From an uncultured Aminicenantes bacterium (GTDB taxonomy: Bacteria > Acidobacteriota > Aminicenantia > UBA2199), in NCBI GenBank assembly GCA_965195285.1, contig CBDAFS010000015.1:64001-128000 (forward strand): a stretch of 64,000 nt of DNA. The letters are read 5' to 3'. The position numbers were made by a program, and so were the translations under genes. The notes under the pieces were generated by a model that was not told the origin of the DNA, ran no database searches, and saw only the letters and a program-made list of their open reading frames with translations. Below are positions 58,904 to 64,000 of the stretch, piece by piece (position 1 is the first letter of the stretch; each line of letters opens with the position of its first letter).

Positions 58904-61867
58904 CTATTTATTACCTTCCAGCTCTTTCACCCTTTTTCTGGCATCTTCAACCAGGGGCTGGAACTGTTGATCGCAATCTTTCCATAAATCGATAAATTTA
59001 TTGTAGTTTTCAATGGCCTTGCCTTTCCAGCCTTTTTGTTCATATATTTTCCCCAGCATGTAAAAGCTTTTAGCATAGATATCTCCAAAGATGAGCCTGC
59101 CGGTGGTTAGAGATAGGATCTTTTCATACTGTTCCTGAGCTTTTTCAAAATCTCCCTTTATATAAAAAGCCGCGGCCAGGGGTTCGATAAACAAAGCATG
59201 CTGATCTGCTGAGTACATCTTATGTTGATGGGGCAGCAAAGTTATGGCTTTTTTAAAATATTCTACAGCTTTTGAAGAATTGTTTCTTTTTGATTCGATC
59301 ATTCCCATAAGATGAAAATAAAATCTTGTACGCTTTTGGTTCATTCCTTTTTTGATCAATTCCCTGAGTTCATCTGCGGTTTTTTGGGCTAAATCCAGTG
59401 ATCTTTTAGCAGCCAACACAACTCCCTTATAATACAATATCGATGTTTGATTCCCCAGGTTCTTTCCTTTGACTGCCCTGTCCCATTCAATTTTGCACTC
59501 TTTTAATGCCTCACTGTGATTTCCTGATTTGAGATATTTGTAAATTAAAGATCTCTTGAAGATTAAATGCCAGGCCCACTGACCGGACCTTTTGGCCAGT
59601 TTGAGTCCCAATCTTACCTGGTTTAGCGATTCATTGAATTTTCCTGATAATAAAAACAAAGAGGATAACATCAACCTGCCATACAATTTATTTGGTGTTC
59701 CACCGGATTCAAGAAGTTTCCGGTATTCCCGTTCCGATTTAATCATATCTCCTTTATAAATATAAATATCACCCTTTAAACGGAAATCATAAAAAGAATC
59801 AGGGTTTATAGAAGATGCCTTGTCTGCTTCAGCAATGGCAAGTTCATATTTGTTCTGGAGAATATAAATATGGGCCAGTCGGCGGCGAATAAAGGCATTG
59901 TCCGAAATATTATTGAGATAAAAACTTAGTAATTCCTCTGCCCTGTCATATAAACCCTTTGCTTCATATGCTTCTGCTAAAGTATAATATGACGTTATAC
60001 TTTCAGCACTTAAAGAGATTTTGAATTTTTCTATGGCCTTGTCCCACTCTTCCAAATCGCTGTATAAGAGCCCCAACTGGTGGTGGCCGGATAAATCTTC
60101 AGGGTAAAATTGCAGCAATTTTTTATAGGCTGCCATGGCTTTTTTATCGTTGTTTTCCACATTTAAATAGAACTCAGCCTGGTTTCGGTAACGCTCTCTA
60201 TCTGATATCCTGTCACTCAATTCAAAGGATTTCTTTACATATCTTTTCATAGCATTAAAATCACCTATATTATAGGAAGCCATTGCCAGTGACCGGTAAG
60301 CAGTGGCAAACCTGGGATCAATGGCTATAGCTTTCTTGTAATAGGGGATAGCTTTTCGGTAATTTCCGTTTTGATATAATTTTCCAGCTGTAATGTAGTT
60401 TTTATATGCTTCAAGAGACGAGGTGGTAATGGTCCCGATATTCCTGTCGATATCTTCAGAAATTACCTGCTCGGAAAGATCGAAATTCAATTTGATCTTT
60501 TTTGTGACCTCATCCACCTTTGATAAGACATTTTTTTCTCCCCTGGACTCTACGGTTAATGAGTTAATAATGTCACCTGAATCGGCTTTATAAATCATTA
60601 TGTTGATACGAAAATTTTCACCGATTTTGATATAGTTTCCCCTGATTATGTGATTTGTTTTCCCACGGGCAGCGACTTTTAATAAATCCTCGGTAGAGTA
60701 TTTTTTTGATTCCAGTAGATTCAATTTTTTCAGGATACCGAAGAGTCTGTCTCCTGGTAAAACATTGATCAGTTTTGACTGGGATAAGTCTGTGATAAGT
60801 AACTCTGCAAGAGCGCTGCGCCAGTAATCCAGTTTCTCATCTCCTGTGTTGTTCTCAAAGTATACAATGGCAATTGAGGGTTTTTCCCCTGGTTTAATTA
60901 CAGGTGTTTCTGGTTTCGGTTTTCCTTTGAATATAAAATAACCGGCAATGATGATAACCGCAATAAAAATACTTCCCAGAATCAAAACTTTTTGAGAGGC
61001 TTTCAGGGTGATCTCCGGACTGGTTTTTTTTCTGGAAACGCTTACATCCGGCGTTGAGTCCTTTTTCAGTTTTTCCAGGTCAACCATCATATCATCCACA
61101 TGCTGGTACCTTTCAGAAGGATCTTTGACCAGGGCCTTGTTAATAATCCGCTCCAGTTCCTGGGGAACTCCGGTGCGTATAGCAGTGACAGGCTCCGGAT
61201 CCTCGTTTAAAATGGCATATACAACTGCCTGTTCATAATCCCCTTTAAAAGGTAATTGACCCGTAACCATTTCATAGAGCAATACGCCCAGGGACCAGAT
61301 ATCAGTCCTGTGATTCACCTTCTTGCCCATGGACTGTTCGGGTGACATGTAGGATGTGGTTCCCACCGTGGTGCCGACTTTGGTTAATTTGGATTTTCCC
61401 TTTAGCTTGGCCAGACCGAAATCCATGATCTTCACCTGGCCTTTTTCATTTATCATGATATTAGCACTTTTGATATCTCTGTGAACAATCCCCTTCTCAT
61501 GTGCTTCCTGCAGGCCTTCTGCAATCTGAAATGCAATTTTTAAGGATTCATCTATTTTTAAAGGACCAGATTCGATCTTTTCTTTTAGGTTCTGGCCTTC
61601 AATATAACTCATGGCTATAAAAATCTGGTCTTCCTGTTCATCTATCTCATAAATTGAGCAAATATTCTGGTGTTCCAGAGCAGCCGAAGCTTGAGCTTCT
61701 ATAAAAAACCTTTCCTTGGAATCCTTATCTCTGGTAAACTCGGGAGGCAGAAATTTCAGGGCAACTGTACGTTTTAGTTTTGTATCCTCAGCCTTATAAA
61801 CAACTCCCATTCCACCTTCACCGAGTTTCTCAAGGATTTTGTAGTGGGAAATGGTTTTTCCGATCAT
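58904..61867 (-). CDS. Hanks-type Ser/Thr protein kinase with TM, TolB_N/FlgO-like domain and TPR repeats
   Basis: LGEGGMGVVY, VALK, HRDIKSAN, DFGLA and YMSPEQ. Then a TM, SIAIVYFEN and multiple TPRs. Confidence 0.93.
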   Translation of the reverse strand: MIGKTISHYKILEKLGEGGMGVVYKAEDTKLKRTVALKFLPPEFTRDKDSKERFFIEAQASAALEHQNICSIYEIDEQEDQIFIAMSYIEGQNLKEKIESGPLKIDESLKIAFQIAEGLQEAHEKGIVHRDIKSANIMINEKGQVKIMDFGLAKLKGKSKLTKVGTTVGTTSYMSPEQSMGKKVNHRTDIWSLGVLLYEMVTGQLPFKGDYEQAVVYAILNEDPEPVTAIRTGVPQELERIINKALVKDPSERYQHVDDMMVDLEKLKKDSTPDVSVSRKKTSPEITLKASQKVLILGSIFIAVIIIAGYFIFKGKPKPETPVIKPGEKPSIAIVYFENNTGDEKLDYWRSALAELLITDLSQSKLINVLPGDRLFGILKKLNLLESKKYSTEDLLKVAARGKTNHIIRGNYIKIGENFRINIMIYKADSGDIINSLTVESRGEKNVLSKVDEVTKKIKLNFDLSEQVISEDIDRNIGTITTSSLEAYKNYITAGKLYQNGNYRKAIPYYKKAIAIDPRFATAYRSLAMASYNIGDFNAMKRYVKKSFELSDRISDRERYRNQAEFYLNVENNDKKAMAAYKKLLQFYPEDLSGHHQLGLLYSDLEEWDKAIEKFKISLSAESITSYYTLAEAYEAKGLYDRAEELLSFYLNNISDNAFIRRRLAHIYILQNKYELAIAEADKASSINPDSFYDFRLKGDIYIYKGDMIKSEREYRKLLESGGTPNKLYGRLMLSSLFLLSGKFNESLNQVRLGLKLAKRSGQWAWHLIFKRSLIYKYLKSGNHSEALKECKIEWDRAVKGKNLGNQTSILYYKGVVLAAKRSLDLAQKTADELRELIKKGMNQKRTRFYFHLMGMIESKRNNSSKAVEYFKKAITLLPHQHKMYSADQHALFIEPLAAAFYIKGDFEKAQEQYEKILSLTTGRLIFGDIYAKSFYMLGKIYEQKGWKGKAIENYNKFIDLWKDCDQQFQPLVEDARKRVKELEGNK

Positions 61868-62238
61868 GTATCATCTCTCCGATGAATTTTATAGCATATA
61901 GATATTTTATTTTCAATAAAAGGGGATTAACTTTTGATTTTAATTTATCATAGAAAAAAAATGTCCCATGAAGGAATCAAATCCCTTCAATTCTGGCCAG
62001 ATCCGGCCTATCCACCACCTCCTCCCCTGATCGCCCAATCCCGCAAAATGCACACTATCTGCCTCACCTTTGGGACCGGTGGCATCCGGTGGGGAATGGG
62101 GGGGGTGGGTATTCCTATACAGTATAGTGCAATTCTTCATGAATTTCACAAGTATATTGAACTATAACATTTTCTTGACTTTCATTTTAAAACTCCCTAA
62201 AATATCTTCGTGTTTATATTTGAAATGGAGGAGGAGAA

Positions 62239-62835
62239 ATGAAATCAACACTTAGAGCTTTACTCTATTTTATTTTTCTTTTAGGATTGATTTATCATCT
62301 GGGTTGTTCAACGACCGGTGAGGTGGATAATCAATATATTCTCACCGTGAGTTTGGCGAATGGAGTTTCCGGAATTCCGGCAACAGGTACATATGTGTAT
62401 GATGAAAATCAAACCGTTACGTATAGTTATACCCTTGAGGTCGGATTTAGAAATCTGGTGGTTTTCCTGAATGATGTGGCCATTGCCGATTCTGGAATTA
62501 TTACCATGGATAATAACCATGTACTTAGGGTGGTGGCGGATCCGCCATTCGATGTTACCGGCGAATGGCATGGTTATTTAGAGGGGGGGTTGGCAAGAGA
62601 ATTCTGGGTGACTTTTTTTGAAGATAATTATTGCATCGGCATACTGGAAAATTATTCCGGTGAATTCGATCAAAGCAATTACCAGATTTCAGACGGGCAT
62701 ATTTCTATCGATCTGGATAGTGGATCGCGTGATTTTTTGATGGAGGGAACTATCGAAAACGACAATCGGATGAGTGGTACCTGGTATTCATATTTTTATG
62801 GAACGAACGGAACCTGGTGGTTGGAAAGAGATTAG
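62239..62835 (+). CDS. Lipoprotein with a beta-sandwich repeat-like domain
   Basis: Lipobox LGC, YILTV....GVSG.P..G and V.Y.Y. RBS GGAGGAG. Confidence 0.7.
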   Translation: MKSTLRALLYFIFLLGLIYHLGCSTTGEVDNQYILTVSLANGVSGIPATGTYVYDENQTVTYSYTLEVGFRNLVVFLNDVAIADSGIITMDNNHVLRVVADPPFDVTGEWHGYLEGGLAREFWVTFFEDNYCIGILENYSGEFDQSNYQISDGHISIDLDSGSRDFLMEGTIENDNRMSGTWYSYFYGTNGTWWLERD

Positions 62836-62910
62836 GTTCATGTGTTGGGTCTGGTCTTTCGAAATCAATTTCATAAGAATCATGTCATCAGTATTGAGGG
62901 ATTCGATATT

Positions 62911-63162
62911 ATGAAAATTACCAAACAAGATGTGGTTTGGGCATATCGGCTTATGCTGGACAGAGATCCGGAGAGAGAAGAGGTTATTGAGAACTATATT
63001 AAAATATGCAATACGCCGGAGCAACTCAGGGATATAATATTATCCTCGGAAGAATTCAATGAAAGAAATCCGACTTTTGCCCAAAACTATATCAAGATTC
63101 CATTTCCGCCGGAAGAGCTGATGCACTTGGTGGCTGGATTGTATGACTGGGGTCAGGTCTAA
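62911..63162 (+). pseudogene. 5' fragment of a gene (DUF4214-like N-terminus, probably a methyltransferase) cut by repeat copy C
   Basis: AYRLMLDRDPE...ILSSEEF and PFPPEELMHLVAG. The stop TAA lies inside GGGGTCAGGTCTAA. Confidence 0.65.
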
Positions 63163-63394
63163 AGAATAAAGAAATCAATTGTTTCCGTCATTTTTAAGGA
63201 TCCACATTTAAATGGGATGATTTGTTTATTTGAAGGGTCGAAAAGGAGAAATTGTAAAAAAAATGATCCAATTATCTTAATATTATATGTTGTAATGTAA
63301 AATTTGTCCCCAGTCTATGTAAACTATACAAAAATGCCCAAAATTGCAAAAAAGGTCAAATAAGATTAAACTCAAGAACTCAAGCACCGTCCCC
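63149..63394. repeat. REPIN/MITE-like element copy C (diverged, with a different right end)
   Basis: Same 24-bp left arm and about 110 bp of diverged body. Ends with TTGTCCCC (63304) and GCACCGTCCCC (63384-63394). Confidence 0.8.
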
Positions 63395-63710
63395 ATCAGT
63401 AGTAACCTGGTTTAGAATGTATGGAGTGTTTTTAGGTTAATATATGTAAGTGTCAAATAAAGTACATCTTCACAAGATTACCTTATGCCAAAACTTCTAT
63501 TGATTGTGAGGCCCTCATGGCACAAGAGAGTTTACGGCGGAAAAAGGTAGCAACCAAAGTAATATCAATGGTTTCGGGAGTATTTAAGCCTACAATAAAC
63601 CGCACTATCCATAGTTAGATATGGTAAACTCGATTTTAGGCCTGGAAACCCTTTATTATCAACGGTTTCAAATGTGGTTTTTGGGAGTTTGATATGAAAA
63701 TTAAAATTCT

Positions 63711-64000
63711 CTATAAACTATCCGGGAATTTTTCTTCCTTAGGTTCAGTTTTAATGTTTTTCAGTTCATTCATTATTGCTAAGGTTTCCCTATATTCTTT
63801 GGCTTCAGCTACTTTGGTAAATTCTATCTCCTCGTGCTCAGATCTTACTTTTTTTTCGATATCTTCTAATTCAACTTGAAAGAATTCTTTCCTAAAATTA
63901 ACCTGATTCAATCGAGTTGCTTTAAATTCCTGGTGTAATATAGCTTCCAATTCTGGAGCGTTTTCAGAATAAATCATCGCATGAACATCAAATGCAAATG
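63711..64000 (-). CDS. C-terminus of a DUF4041 / T5orf172 (GIY-YIG-like) domain protein (runs off window end)
   Basis: FAFDVHAMIYSENAPELEAILHQEF...RLNQVNFRKEFF. Confidence 0.8.
   Translation of the reverse strand, partial: FAFDVHAMIYSENAPELEAILHQEFKATRLNQVNFRKEFFQVELEDIEKKVRSEHEEIEFTKVAEAKEYRETLAIMNELKNIKTEPKEEKFPDSL

Noticed and set aside
1880-61238. Many 60-260 aa ORFs overlapping the called genes on the opposite strand or in other frames (e.g. 6727-7326, 35399-36193, 52756-53241)
   Set aside because: They are shadows of well-supported genes, with no motifs or RBS of their own.
61934-62255. Three short overlapping ORFs between the kinase and lipoprotein genes
   Set aside because: They arise from the GC-rich hairpin sequence and show no coding features.

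Overview
Bacterial chromosomal DNA from a diderm (LptD, TolC/RND, outer-membrane barrel). The secreted VWA-like proteins, 6-bladed beta-propeller protein and Ser/Thr kinase-TPR protein suggest Ca. Aminicenantes/Acidobacteriota, but this is inference. Bases 1 to ~48.8 kb are mostly housekeeping: phoH-pgpH-ybeY-DUF72, an unusual ACP-kbl-kbl operon, tandem-domain thyX, lptD, ispA-dxs, an RND pump, tmk, khpA, dcp, abgT, a DEAD-box helicase, an ATPase-less metal uptake operon and an ECF sigma module. From ~48.9 kb to the end lies an accessory mosaic that begins at a truncated REP-associated tyrosine transposase (RAYT/HUH Y1) gene. It is punctuated by about 15 short G4-headed motifs (GGGGTCAGGTCT / GGGG(T)GACGGTGC types). 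Some pair into ~200-300 bp elements with 24-bp terminal inverted repeats, one is the exact target of an IS1182 insertion, and two sit at the breakpoints of truncated genes. The best candidate for an undescribed system is this motif-bounded, possibly HUH-driven gene-shuffling island; the second is the ACP plus duplicated Kbl operon. No tRNA, rRNA or CRISPR array was recognised. All family calls come from motif recognition by eye, not database searches.
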